NCBI GenBank assembly: GCA_900550495.1
Contig: URSJ01000002.1
Location: 570 to 64,569, forward strand
DNA length: 64,000 nt
Reading direction: 5' to 3'
Origin: an uncultured Rickettsiales bacterium
Lineage (GTDB): Bacteria; Pseudomonadota; Alphaproteobacteria; Rs-D84
The translations under genes were made by a program, and so were the position numbers. Position 1 is the stretch's first letter, and each line of letters begins with the position of its first letter. The notes beneath the pieces were generated by a model. That model was not told the origin of the DNA and made no database searches. It was given only the letters and a program-made list of their open reading frames with translations. This document shows, in pieces, positions 49,192-60,694 of this stretch.

Positions 49192-49235
49192 GCACACTGT
49201 GCCGTATTTGCGCAAATTCGCCGTTGGCGACCGGC
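49192..49235 (+). repeat. 44-nt direct repeat, copy 1 (upstream of galE)
   Basis: gcacactgtgccgtatttgcgcaaattcgccgttggcgaccggc matches 50425..50468 at 40 of 44 positions. The 27-nt core is identical. Confidence 0.8.
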
Positions 49236-49365
49236 ATATTTCTATAACACCTAGAATATTGTCGAACAATTGGCATTTGTTCATCTTACAATAACGAAAC
49301 AAATTGTTAAAGAGTATTGATAAAAAAACAAAATAAGATACCATGATAATGGAAAAGGAGTTTTT

Positions 49366-50364
49366 ATGAATATCTTGATTACCGGTGCAACAGGATTTAT
49401 CGCATCACATACCATCGTGGAATTACAACAAAAAGGACATAATATAATTGGTATAGACAATCTATCTAATTCATCAATTGATACAGTTGATAAAATAGCA
49501 CAAATAACCGGGAAAAAAATAGACTTTTACAAGGTTGATATTTGCGATTACAACAAACTTAAAACAACATTGACCGATAAACATATTGATTGCTGTATAC
49601 ATTTTGCAGGGTTAAAAGCCGTTGGCGAGTCCGTGGCCAAACCAATTGAATACTATGACAACAACATCGGTGGAACAATCTCGTTATTGAAAGTATTACA
49701 AGCCGTCGGCTGCCACAACCTTATTTTTTCATCAAGTGCAACAATATATGGCACCCCAGCATTCGTGCCTATCACAGAAGAATGTCCAAAGGGTATATGC
49801 ACAAATCCATACGGTTGGACTAAATCAATGATAGAACAAATATTGCTGGATAAACAAAATGCAAATCCGGACTGGAATATTGTTATCTTGCGGTATTTTA
49901 ACCCAATTGGCGCACACCCAAGTGGTATCATAGGCGAAAACCCAAATGGCATACCAAACAACCTTATGCCATACATAACCCAGGTCGCCTGTGGCAAACG
50001 TGAAAAATTGTTCGTATACGGGAATGATTATGATACACCAGATGGCACAGGGGTGCGTGATTATATCCACGTTGTTGACTTGGCACGCGGACACGTAAAA
50101 GCATTAACTGCGATAAACAATAACTGTGGTGCCGAAATATTTAACCTGGGCACTGGACATGGATACTCTGTGCTAGACGTTGTTAGCACCTTTGAACGGG
50201 TAAACAATATTAAAATACCATATGAAATAGTGGCACGTCGTCCCGGGGACATCGCATCATGCTATGCAGCCCCAACAAAAGCAGAAAGAATACTGGGCTG
50301 GCATGCAGAATTTAGTCTAGATGATATGTGCAAAGACGCTTGGAACTATCAACAAAACAATTAA
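49366..50364 (+). CDS. galE: UDP-glucose 4-epimerase
   Basis: The Rossmann motif ILITGATGFIASH, the catalytic YGWTK (YxxxK), and the SSSATIYG and RYFNPIGAHPSG motifs are present. Confidence 0.92.
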   Translation: MNILITGATGFIASHTIVELQQKGHNIIGIDNLSNSSIDTVDKIAQITGKKIDFYKVDICDYNKLKTTLTDKHIDCCIHFAGLKAVGESVAKPIEYYDNNIGGTISLLKVLQAVGCHNLIFSSSATIYGTPAFVPITEECPKGICTNPYGWTKSMIEQILLDKQNANPDWNIVILRYFNPIGAHPSGIIGENPNGIPNNLMPYITQVACGKREKLFVYGNDYDTPDGTGVRDYIHVVDLARGHVKALTAINNNCGAEIFNLGTGHGYSVLDVVSTFERVNNIKIPYEIVARRPGDIASCYAAPTKAERILGWHAEFSLDDMCKDAWNYQQNN

Positions 50365-50392
50365 AAAACACCGGTAAATACCGGTGTTTTTT
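50364..50392 (+). terminator. Rho-independent terminator after galE
   Basis: The hairpin acaccgg-taaata-ccggtgt is followed by TTTTT. Confidence 0.8.
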
Positions 50393-50404
50393 AAGAAAAT
50401 TCGT

Positions 50405-50419
50405 GTAGCGGGAGAGGGA
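50405..50419 (-). repeat. 15-nt copy of the 3' acceptor/T-stem end of tRNA-Met(CAU)
   Basis: gtagcgggagaggga is identical to 50580..50594 within the intact tRNA. Confidence 0.65.
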
Positions 50420-50424
50420 ATTCG

Positions 50425-50468
50425 GCACGTTGTGCCGCATCTGCGCAAATTCGCCGTTGGCGACCGGC
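50425..50468 (+). repeat. 44-nt direct repeat, copy 2 (downstream of galE)
   Basis: See copy 1. It contains two small hairpins (ggcac-gtt-gtgcc and cgcc-gtt-ggcg). Confidence 0.8.
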
Positions 50469-50577
50469 GTCCCCGTCCGCCTATTTGCTTGATTGAACCC
50501 CCTGCCCCGGGGGTTCTGCGTCCCTGGTGTCACAATTACCAAAAATTAAACCCCGATACAAATCGGGGTTGAATTTT

Positions 50578-50654
50578 TGGTAGCGGGAGAGGGACTTGAA
50601 CCCCCGACACGTGGATTATGATTCCACTGCTCTAACCAGCTGAGCTATCCCGCC
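50578..50654 (-). tRNA. tRNA with CAU anticodon (elongator Met or lysidine-modified Ile2; not distinguishable by eye)
   Basis: The sequence is GGCGGGAUAGCUCAGCUGGUUAGAGCAGUGGA-AUCAUAA-UCCAC...GGGGG-UUCAAGU-CCCUC-UCCCGCU-ACCA. There is a G1:U72 wobble. Confidence 0.8.
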
Positions 50655-50796
50655 AATGCGACGCATTATAACAGACTTTTTCCTGATTGCAAGAAACAAA
50701 TTATACTGCACAGACACCAGGAAATAGTTCTCCTTGTAAAATCATTATATTTTTTAATAAATTCATTTGAATAGTGGCCAAAAATAGTGTATCATT

Positions 50797-51360
50797 ATGC
50801 GCATGAAAAAAATCGCATTATTTTTATCTGGATTACTGTTTGCGACCGGTTCTATGGCCGCCGATAACCCATTTACCGGCAAATATGAAAATCAAATTGC
50901 ATTTCATTTTGGCCAGGGCATAGACAGCGGTTTCTTGGTTCCGCCACCTGCGCGTCCGGTGCCGTTTTATATGTTGCACGTCCAATATTCACAACCGACG
51001 ACTTTCTTTCGCGTTCCTGCGCGCCAGTCATTAAACATCGGTCAGACGTTGGGGTTTGGTAAAAAATACGGCTGGAATTGGGAAAAATACACAATTCCAA
51101 TGGTGTTTATCAGCGAAGACGTTGTGTTATTCAGTGGTAAAAAATGGTATTATTCCAATGGCATTGGCGTCGGCCTGCAGGCGCAACAGAACGAACGTCT
51201 GGGGGCAAAGTTATTATTTCAATGGAAAATGATTGGCGGATATAAATTAAACGACCGCACAAACATTGAATTATTTATGCAGCATTTTTCTAATGCCAAC
51301 ACCGCCAAGGCCAATTATTCATACGCATTTTACGGCCTGGGGGTTACATATAATTTCTGA
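50797..51360 (+). CDS. PagL-like acyloxyacyl hydrolase / lipid A 3-O-deacylase family outer-membrane protein
   Basis: It has a signal peptide (MKKIALFLSGLLFATGSMA), a beta-barrel-like alternating pattern, the H-F-S-N motif near the C-terminus, and a terminal aromatic residue (TYNF). Confidence 0.55.
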   Translation: MRMKKIALFLSGLLFATGSMAADNPFTGKYENQIAFHFGQGIDSGFLVPPPARPVPFYMLHVQYSQPTTFFRVPARQSLNIGQTLGFGKKYGWNWEKYTIPMVFISEDVVLFSGKKWYYSNGIGVGLQAQQNERLGAKLLFQWKMIGGYKLNDRTNIELFMQHFSNANTAKANYSYAFYGLGVTYNF

Positions 51361-51384
51361 GAGCATAGATAATAGAGCACAGAT

Positions 51385-51416
51385 AAAAAAAACACCAGCA
51401 AATGCCGGTGGTTTTT
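51385..51416 (+). terminator. Rho-independent terminator after the PagL-like gene
   Basis: The hairpin caccagc-aaat-gccggtg is followed by GTTTTT. Confidence 0.7.
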
Positions 51417-51482
51417 ATGGAAATTTATACCTGTGTATGACACAATGACCAATGTCATAACACACAAACATAAGGCGAGCAC

Positions 51483-52727
51483 ATGAAAAAACTGGGTATA
51501 TTCACATTATGTTTCTTGTTATCTGCGTGTGGTGGAAACTCTGATTCCAGAAGTTATCCATACCAAAATCGACCACATAATCCGCTGGGCGTGCCAACCA
51601 ATCCGACCCAGGATTTTGAAAACACTATTACAACCAGCAACGCGCAAAAAACAGGTTTGATATCTAACAGTGAAAACCAAATTTCTGATTACGTTGTCTA
51701 CAGATTAAACGAGTGGAATTTATATAACCCAAATATTGGTCAAGATATTTCAAAGGGCGACATTGCGACCGCGGCCGCATGGCTGACCAGTGGCGATCAC
51801 ACCGCATCAGAAATAGAAACAAAGTTTGCTGATAATTTAACGCTGATGCACATGGCGGCATATGTTGTCGATAACAGATTGAATTCGTGCTTTAATAATA
51901 CAAGCGTCGGCTCGGCCGCTGCATGTTTTGTAAAATGGCGCAACAACAACGGGGCGTATTATAACAAAATATCGGACGAAATACATAAATACACCACAGA
52001 TTTAAGTGCCGCTGACGCCGAATTTAATTCAACATCTGGTTCAAAAATAAAATTTATATTGGACACAGATGGACGTATAACCGGTGCAAAAATCACCCAA
52101 GGTGAAAACACAACTGATTTTGAAAATTGGACCAACGTTGATACTGATGCGCAATACATAACCACGACAACAATGAACTATGATTCCGGTGGCAAGGATT
52201 TGGGACTGTCGTATTCTGATTTTGGAACATATAATATTGTAAAAAAACAAACCGACAAAAACACTGGTCTGGAAACGTCCGAAACCGTTCAAGACAATGG
52301 TGTATTTGCCGGTGGATATGCATCACAAAAAATAGACCCAGCAGATATTGCGCAAAATTTAACATTTTCTGGTCGTGCGGTTGGTACCGTATCATCTGGG
52401 GACGCCAGTCTGAATTTGAGTGGTGATGCATCCGTAACGTTTGACGTAACATCTAAATCAAGCACAGTTTCGGCAAAGTTTAACAACTGGTATGATGTCA
52501 CCGCAAAAAATGACGGAACAATTATATTTGAAAATAATACTGGTAATATGCTGCCACTGCAATCGGTTGATGCAACTGGTCGCGCAACAGCCAGTGATGC
52601 CATAATGAACATTGGTTATTATGGTGAAAATCCATCAAACAATCTGCCAACTGAATCCGTTGGAACAATTCAATACACGGAAACCAGTTCAGGATTAAAA
52701 ATGGATATGACTTTTGGTGCAAAGTAA
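51483..52727 (+). CDS. Surface-lipoprotein candidate with a C-terminal beta-barrel domain reminiscent of TbpB/fHbp-type handle-barrel lipoproteins
   Basis: The lipobox is LLSAC. The C-terminal part reads FSGRAVGTVSSGDASLNLSGDASVTFDVTSKSSTVSAKFNNWYDV and ends in MDMTFGAK. The call is by resemblance only. Confidence 0.4.
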   Translation: MKKLGIFTLCFLLSACGGNSDSRSYPYQNRPHNPLGVPTNPTQDFENTITTSNAQKTGLISNSENQISDYVVYRLNEWNLYNPNIGQDISKGDIATAAAWLTSGDHTASEIETKFADNLTLMHMAAYVVDNRLNSCFNNTSVGSAAACFVKWRNNNGAYYNKISDEIHKYTTDLSAADAEFNSTSGSKIKFILDTDGRITGAKITQGENTTDFENWTNVDTDAQYITTTTMNYDSGGKDLGLSYSDFGTYNIVKKQTDKNTGLETSETVQDNGVFAGGYASQKIDPADIAQNLTFSGRAVGTVSSGDASLNLSGDASVTFDVTSKSSTVSAKFNNWYDVTAKNDGTIIFENNTGNMLPLQSVDATGRATASDAIMNIGYYGENPSNNLPTESVGTIQYTETSSGLKMDMTFGAK

Positions 52728-52754
52728 AACCACCGGCAAATGCCGGTGGTTTTT
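52727..52754. terminator. Bidirectional terminator between the lipoprotein gene (+) and ung (-)
   Basis: The hairpin aaaccaccggc-aaa-tgccggtggttt is flanked by an A-run and a T-run. Confidence 0.75.
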
Positions 52755-53415
52755 ACCACTCTATCGGTGTTTTGCCGTGCTGAATTAAATACTGGTTTGC
52801 GCGCGAAAAATGATGATTGCCAAAAAATCCACGATACGCCGACAGTGGTGACGGGTGCGCTGATTTCAAAATCAGATTACGCGCTGGGTCAACAAATTCC
52901 GCCTTGCGCTGGGCGGACGCGCCCCACAACATATAAACAATATTATCCCGGTGCGCAACCGCACGAATAACCGCGTCTGTAAATTGTTCCCAGCCGTGGC
53001 CTGCGTGTGATGCCGCACGATGTGCTGCCACCGTCAGTGTGGAATTTAACAGCAATACGCCCTGGTGCGCCCATGCGGTTAAATCACCGTGTGTCGCACT
53101 GGGCCGCCCCAGGTCAGATTCAATTTCACGATAAATATTTACCAGACTGGGTGGCACAGGTGTCGGTGGCAAAACCGAAAAGCATAACCCGTGTGCCTGG
53201 CCCGGTTCGTGATATGGGTCTTGGCCGATAATCACAACCTTGACATCTGGCAACGGGCATAAATTAAACGCATTAAATATATTTTTTGGCTCGGGGAAAA
53301 CTTGGTGTCCAGACAGATATTGCGCACGAACAAAATCCGTCAATTTGATAAAATAATCTTTGTCAAATTCGTCGGCCAATGCCGTTTTCCACGATTCTTG
53401 TATTTTCACATTCAT
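52753..53415 (-). CDS. ung: Uracil-DNA glycosylase
   Basis: The motifs VVIIGQDPYH, GVLLLNSTLTV and AHPSPLSA are family-1 UDG motifs. The ATGA start overlaps the upstream stop. Confidence 0.92.
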   Translation of the reverse strand: MNVKIQESWKTALADEFDKDYFIKLTDFVRAQYLSGHQVFPEPKNIFNAFNLCPLPDVKVVIIGQDPYHEPGQAHGLCFSVLPPTPVPPSLVNIYREIESDLGRPSATHGDLTAWAHQGVLLLNSTLTVAAHRAASHAGHGWEQFTDAVIRAVAHRDNIVYMLWGASAQRKAEFVDPARNLILKSAHPSPLSAYRGFFGNHHFSRANQYLIQHGKTPIEW

Positions 53416-54074
53416 AGTTTTATCAATCCTGTTTGCAAAGACTTCCATAACACCACATCAATATATCCACGTGGCAACCCCGTCACAGCACACAAATGGT
53501 CAAACATTTTATCGCACGCTGCGCGAACATCGCAATTTAATTTACCATTATCAACCAACGCGCACAACGCTGTGTTTCCGCTGTATCGCACCCCCAGTCG
53601 TTGAATCCAGATGTCGTATTTTACAACATCTTCGCCCAGGTTTCGCGCCAAATGATTTGCGGTAATTTTTCCAATATGTGGCAACCCAGATAAAAAATTC
53701 AACCGCGCATCTGTGTCAGATAATTTATAGTATTCTGAACATATCTCATCGCGCATTTTCCAAATTTTACAAATCGCCGCGATTTTATTTTTATTATGAA
53801 AAATTGAAAACAGATAATCAAAATCTGCACCACGCGCACGCAGTGCAGACATTATTTTTTCATGAATATTCTTGGCTGTTTTTTGCGAAAAGCCACCGGC
53901 CAAGATAACATAGGCGCAATTTTCCGCAAACGCGTCCGGCGTGCAAACACACCGCTGTGACAGATTATCGCGTATTTCATCAAACGATTGTGCATCGCTG
54001 TCCGCGCCCATCGCGCGTAATTTTTTATCCAGCATAAAAAACCATTCAGCCGTAAAAATATTGACGATGCACAT
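53412..54074 (-). CDS. Helix-hairpin-helix protein, possibly an HhH-GPD-like base-excision enzyme (alternative start 54035)
   Basis: LPHIGKITANHLARNLG is an HhH-like motif. It is translationally coupled to ung. The family is not firmly recognised. Confidence 0.35.
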   Translation of the reverse strand: MCIVNIFTAEWFFMLDKKLRAMGADSDAQSFDEIRDNLSQRCVCTPDAFAENCAYVILAGGFSQKTAKNIHEKIMSALRARGADFDYLFSIFHNKNKIAAICKIWKMRDEICSEYYKLSDTDARLNFLSGLPHIGKITANHLARNLGEDVVKYDIWIQRLGVRYSGNTALCALVDNGKLNCDVRAACDKMFDHLCAVTGLPRGYIDVVLWKSLQTGLIKL

Positions 54075-54078
54075 GTTA

Positions 54079-57131
<3,053 letters not shown>

Positions 57132-57133
<2 letters not shown>

Positions 57134-57158
57134 AAATGCCCCACCAGGGGCATTTTTT
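57132..57158. terminator. Bidirectional hairpin terminator between the RusA-like gene (+) and the PilR-like gene (-)
   Basis: The hairpin atgcccc-acca-ggggcat has an A-run before it and a T-run after it. Confidence 0.75.
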
Positions 57159-57253
57159 AGAGAATAGATAATAGAGCATAGATAATAGATAGTGCGCCGT
57201 CTGGCGCACTGCTTTACTCATTTGAACTTTAAACTCTGAACTTTGAACTTTCT

Positions 57254-58327
57254 TTATGATAGTGCGGCGGTGATTTGATCTTGCATCTGGAACGTTCCCA
57301 GAACAACCCACGCAATAACTGCAGATACTAACAAAATACCAATACTGTTCATTACATTTGATATTGATTCCATTTTGCGCACGGATTCATCTAAATAATC
57401 ATTTGCCACCCGCGCCAGATTTTCATCAAAACCGTTCATATCTGCATAGATTGCCAAATCGCCAATCATTTCAGAATTCGGGAAATCGCGCCCAGTATTT
57501 GCCAACGCCACGCCTAAATTATCACCATTGGCAATATAGTGCAGTGCGTCGTTCAATATCGTCCGCAGATACCGATTTGAACCATCGGCCAACATACGCA
57601 TTGCGTCTGGGATTGTGATACCAGCGGCAACCATGGACGACAAACTCATCAGCCAGTCAACAGACAACTGAATTTTATACACGTTCCACGGTGGTAATTT
57701 ATCAAAATATTTACGCAGATTTCCCGTCCAATTTGCCAAACTGAGCCATATGATGCCACCCAGCGCAGCAAAACTAATTGCAAACGCATACCAATACCGT
57801 CCAGCAAACTCAGACAACCATATCAGTGACGCCGCCGCAGACTGCCATACCATTGTTGGGCCTGCAACCTCGGCCAATGGTGGCACCAGATATAAACCAA
57901 CCATAATAATAATCAAAAACGTCAGCACCAACAGAAACAACGGATACGCAATTGCAGACATCATTGCACGTTTTATTCGTTGCGTTCCATCAACGACACG
58001 CGCGACATTTTCCAGTGCAACAACTAAATTAGACAAATTCCCAGACGTCACCAACAATGATTCTTCCAGTGGAACCCAACCACGGGTTGCGTCTGAAAAA
58101 CTCATACCACGTTCCAGATTTTTCTGAAATTCACGCATTACGATTGCAAACGGTTCGTTTGGGCTGCGGCCATTTTTGGATTCTACCATTTCCAATCGCC
58201 CCAACGCGTCCATCAACGTAAAATCATTACGCAACAGTGACGCTAACTTGCGCGCAGTGGCCATACGCTTTTCAGTATTTAATCTGAAAACAATCTTGGC
58301 ATACAATTTGTCCAGTCTGGTTGTCAT
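57254..58327 (-). CDS. Type II secretion system F-family inner-membrane platform protein (type IVb PilR-like)
   Basis: The 357-aa protein has two GspF-like repeats with three TM segments. It lies immediately downstream (3-nt gap) of the secretion ATPase. Confidence 0.7.
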   Translation of the reverse strand: MTTRLDKLYAKIVFRLNTEKRMATARKLASLLRNDFTLMDALGRLEMVESKNGRSPNEPFAIVMREFQKNLERGMSFSDATRGWVPLEESLLVTSGNLSNLVVALENVARVVDGTQRIKRAMMSAIAYPLFLLVLTFLIIIMVGLYLVPPLAEVAGPTMVWQSAAASLIWLSEFAGRYWYAFAISFAALGGIIWLSLANWTGNLRKYFDKLPPWNVYKIQLSVDWLMSLSSMVAAGITIPDAMRMLADGSNRYLRTILNDALHYIANGDNLGVALANTGRDFPNSEMIGDLAIYADMNGFDENLARVANDYLDESVRKMESISNVMNSIGILLVSAVIAWVVLGTFQMQDQITAALS

Positions 58328-58330
58328 ACC

Positions 58331-59968
58331 TTAATACACCCCCGGTCTGTCCAGCAATCCAACCCAGCGTTCCAGTTCATCAACACCGATAATTCCCTGC
58401 AACATCAGTGACATTGCCGCCTCTTTTAATGTGCGACCATTCATATCTTCCAGCCAATAGCGCAATGCCCCATTAGTATTTCCTGCCAACGCCAGACGTA
58501 AAAATTCACTGTTCGTGATGATAATTTCACCGGCCTTGATACGCCCAAGAGTCCCGGTTCCCTTGCATTCCTTGCAACCGGCACCGCGGATATAAACCTG
58601 GCGCAACCCCAGTTCCCCAAACGCTGTCATCACGCGCCCATAGGCTGGATGTTCTGGGTGATCAATCAATCGTTCACGACAATACGGGCAAACCTTTTTG
58701 AACAGACGCATAGAAATTAATCCACGCATCAGCGTTTCTTCTTTTAACTTGAACGCTTCTATCCCCAGGTCTAATAAACGCGTCAACGCCGACATCGCCG
58801 AATTCGCATGCAACGTTGTCCAAACGTTATGACCAGATAATGCGCCACGCACCGTTAATTGCGCTGCCGCCAACGTGCGAATTTCCCCAACCATCAATGT
58901 ATCCGGGTCACTGCGCAATGCCGCGGCCAGTGCTTCGGTATATCTGTCTTCGCGTTGTTCTTCGTTTGTGGTATTTACCACAGGCATCTGGTGTGCGCCA
59001 AAAATCTTTTGTTCAACCGGATTTTCCACCGTAATCATATTTATTTCATAATTACGTTCTTTTAACATCAGCGACATATTACGCACCAAGGTCGTAGATT
59101 TACCAGAACTGGTTGGCCCCGCAACAATTACCAGTCCAGTTGGGAACGCACGCAAACGCATCAATAAACGCTGTTCATATTCGCCAAATTCTTGTTCGGT
59201 TTTAATACCCTCGGACGGGTTATCGTACAGCAATCGCATAACGACATACCGCGAACCAAATGCGATTGGATTAAACTGCATACGAATACTAAGAATCCCC
59301 ATCGGCAGGTATAAATCCTTGGTCCCACGCAGTGGTGTTCGTCCGTCTTTTTGTGCCGATTGATATTCATTTTGGGCATAGTTCGCGTTTGACATATCAG
59401 ACGACGCAAACGCCGCACGAACAAATGATTCGCCCCACCCCGAATTATATTCTAAAACTGGCTGCATACTGCCATCAATGCGAAAATAGATTGTAGTTTG
59501 ATCACCAACCTCGATATGAATATCTGACACTTTTTGCGCAGCAGCACGTGCAACAATATCCACGAAATCTTTCTGCATTTGGTTGTCAAAATCGCGACTG
59601 ATGCGTGATGGCCCGCCCAGGCGTGCCTCGTATGATTTATATATCGCCGACACCAAACCTAAATCAGAATAAAACGGCGTCCGCATTGGACGTGCGCGTG
59701 CACGCAATAAATCCAAGAACGCCATCACACGCCCATCATAACGATGTGTGCGTGAAATAATAATTTCCCCGCCAGAAAAGTACGCTATTAAACCCTGGGT
59801 GTCTTTTGGTAATTCCTGGGCGCCACCAGTTGCCGTCAACAAACGATTACCATTCGAAAACAGATAATCAACAATATCCTTGATTTCGGCGTTTTCCAAA
59901 CCCGCAGGAATCGACGGACGTGCCGTCGTTGGAATATTATTTAAAATATTATTATCTGTATCGTTCAT
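58331..59968 (-). CDS. GspE/PilB-family secretion ATPase (type IVb PilQ-like)
   Basis: Walker A (VAGPTSSGKSTT), an Asp-box/Walker B region (DPDTLMVGEIR) and a His box (GHNVWTTLHAN) are present. The tetracysteine cluster reads CPYC...C.EC. Confidence 0.85.
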   Translation of the reverse strand: MNDTDNNILNNIPTTARPSIPAGLENAEIKDIVDYLFSNGNRLLTATGGAQELPKDTQGLIAYFSGGEIIISRTHRYDGRVMAFLDLLRARARPMRTPFYSDLGLVSAIYKSYEARLGGPSRISRDFDNQMQKDFVDIVARAAAQKVSDIHIEVGDQTTIYFRIDGSMQPVLEYNSGWGESFVRAAFASSDMSNANYAQNEYQSAQKDGRTPLRGTKDLYLPMGILSIRMQFNPIAFGSRYVVMRLLYDNPSEGIKTEQEFGEYEQRLLMRLRAFPTGLVIVAGPTSSGKSTTLVRNMSLMLKERNYEINMITVENPVEQKIFGAHQMPVVNTTNEEQREDRYTEALAAALRSDPDTLMVGEIRTLAAAQLTVRGALSGHNVWTTLHANSAMSALTRLLDLGIEAFKLKEETLMRGLISMRLFKKVCPYCRERLIDHPEHPAYGRVMTAFGELGLRQVYIRGAGCKECKGTGTLGRIKAGEIIITNSEFLRLALAGNTNGALRYWLEDMNGRTLKEAAMSLMLQGIIGVDELERWVGLLDRPGVY

Positions 59969-59986
59969 TATGCGCCAAACCCGTTT

Positions 59987-60694
59987 TTATTTTGCATTTG
60001 TTACATTTAATGCCTGGATTGTCCCCGACGGCGAAACAAATACAATTCCATCATCTAGTGATATAGATTTCACGGTAAAACCATCTAAACTGCGACCAAC
60101 CGAAACCTTTTTGTTTTGTCCAGTCTTTAAATCTGCAACAGTTGCCTGTAATTGATTACCAACACCAAATACGTTAACCAACTTGTATTTCTCGTCAATT
60201 TTTATATCGGAACTATCATCAGACGCAGACGCACTCTTGCTGGCGACACGCGGGGCAGAGTTTTCATTTTCCAATGCCTGTTTTTCGCGTTCCAGTTTGG
60301 CGGTTTCCGCTTCTAATTTTGCCTTGGCTGCATCCAATTCCTGTTGCTGTTGCTCAGCCCGTCCCGACAGAGTATCAATTTCCATATGCAATTTGATTTT
60401 TTCAGCCGCCAACCGGTCTAATTCCAAATCCAATTGCGCACGTTCTTTTTCCAATTGCATTAAAACCTTTTCTTGTTCCAGGTCGGTAATTTGTTGAAAC
60501 AAAGAACCATTTACTTGGTAATCAGATACGGCATCGGCCGATACTTGTTCCATATCAGTATCCATATCCGCGTTTTTTTCAACCGAAATAGTATCCGTAA
60601 TTTCAATATCTTGGTCTAAAACCTCGGCCTGGGCACTGGCGACCGGAAATGCAAACGCCGCAAACAACAAAACATATTTAATTTTATTTGACAT
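59987..60694 (-). CDS. Secreted coiled-coil protein, type IVb PilP-like
   Basis: It has a signal peptide (VLLFAAFAFPVASAQA), a long heptad-rich segment, and a C-terminal beta domain (LVNVFGVGNQLQATVADLKTGQNKKVSVGRSLDGFTVKSISLDDGIVFV). Confidence 0.5.
   Translation of the reverse strand: MSNKIKYVLLFAAFAFPVASAQAEVLDQDIEITDTISVEKNADMDTDMEQVSADAVSDYQVNGSLFQQITDLEQEKVLMQLEKERAQLDLELDRLAAEKIKLHMEIDTLSGRAEQQQQELDAAKAKLEAETAKLEREKQALENENSAPRVASKSASASDDSSDIKIDEKYKLVNVFGVGNQLQATVADLKTGQNKKVSVGRSLDGFTVKSISLDDGIVFVSPSGTIQALNVTNAK

Noticed and set aside
50384-50572. A 62-aa plus-strand ORF downstream of galE, and the similar 64-aa minus-strand ORF at 49150..49344.
   Set aside because: Both are read through the 44-nt direct repeats and hairpins. 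Their similarity is at DNA-repeat level and in different frames and strands, so they are not proteins.
57159-57193. The motif ATAGATAATAGAGCA[C/T]AGATAA is shared with 51361..51386, in both cases just after a stop codon or terminator.
   Set aside because: It is only about 20 nt, AT-rich and internally repetitive. With two copies I cannot separate a real dispersed element from chance low-complexity similarity.
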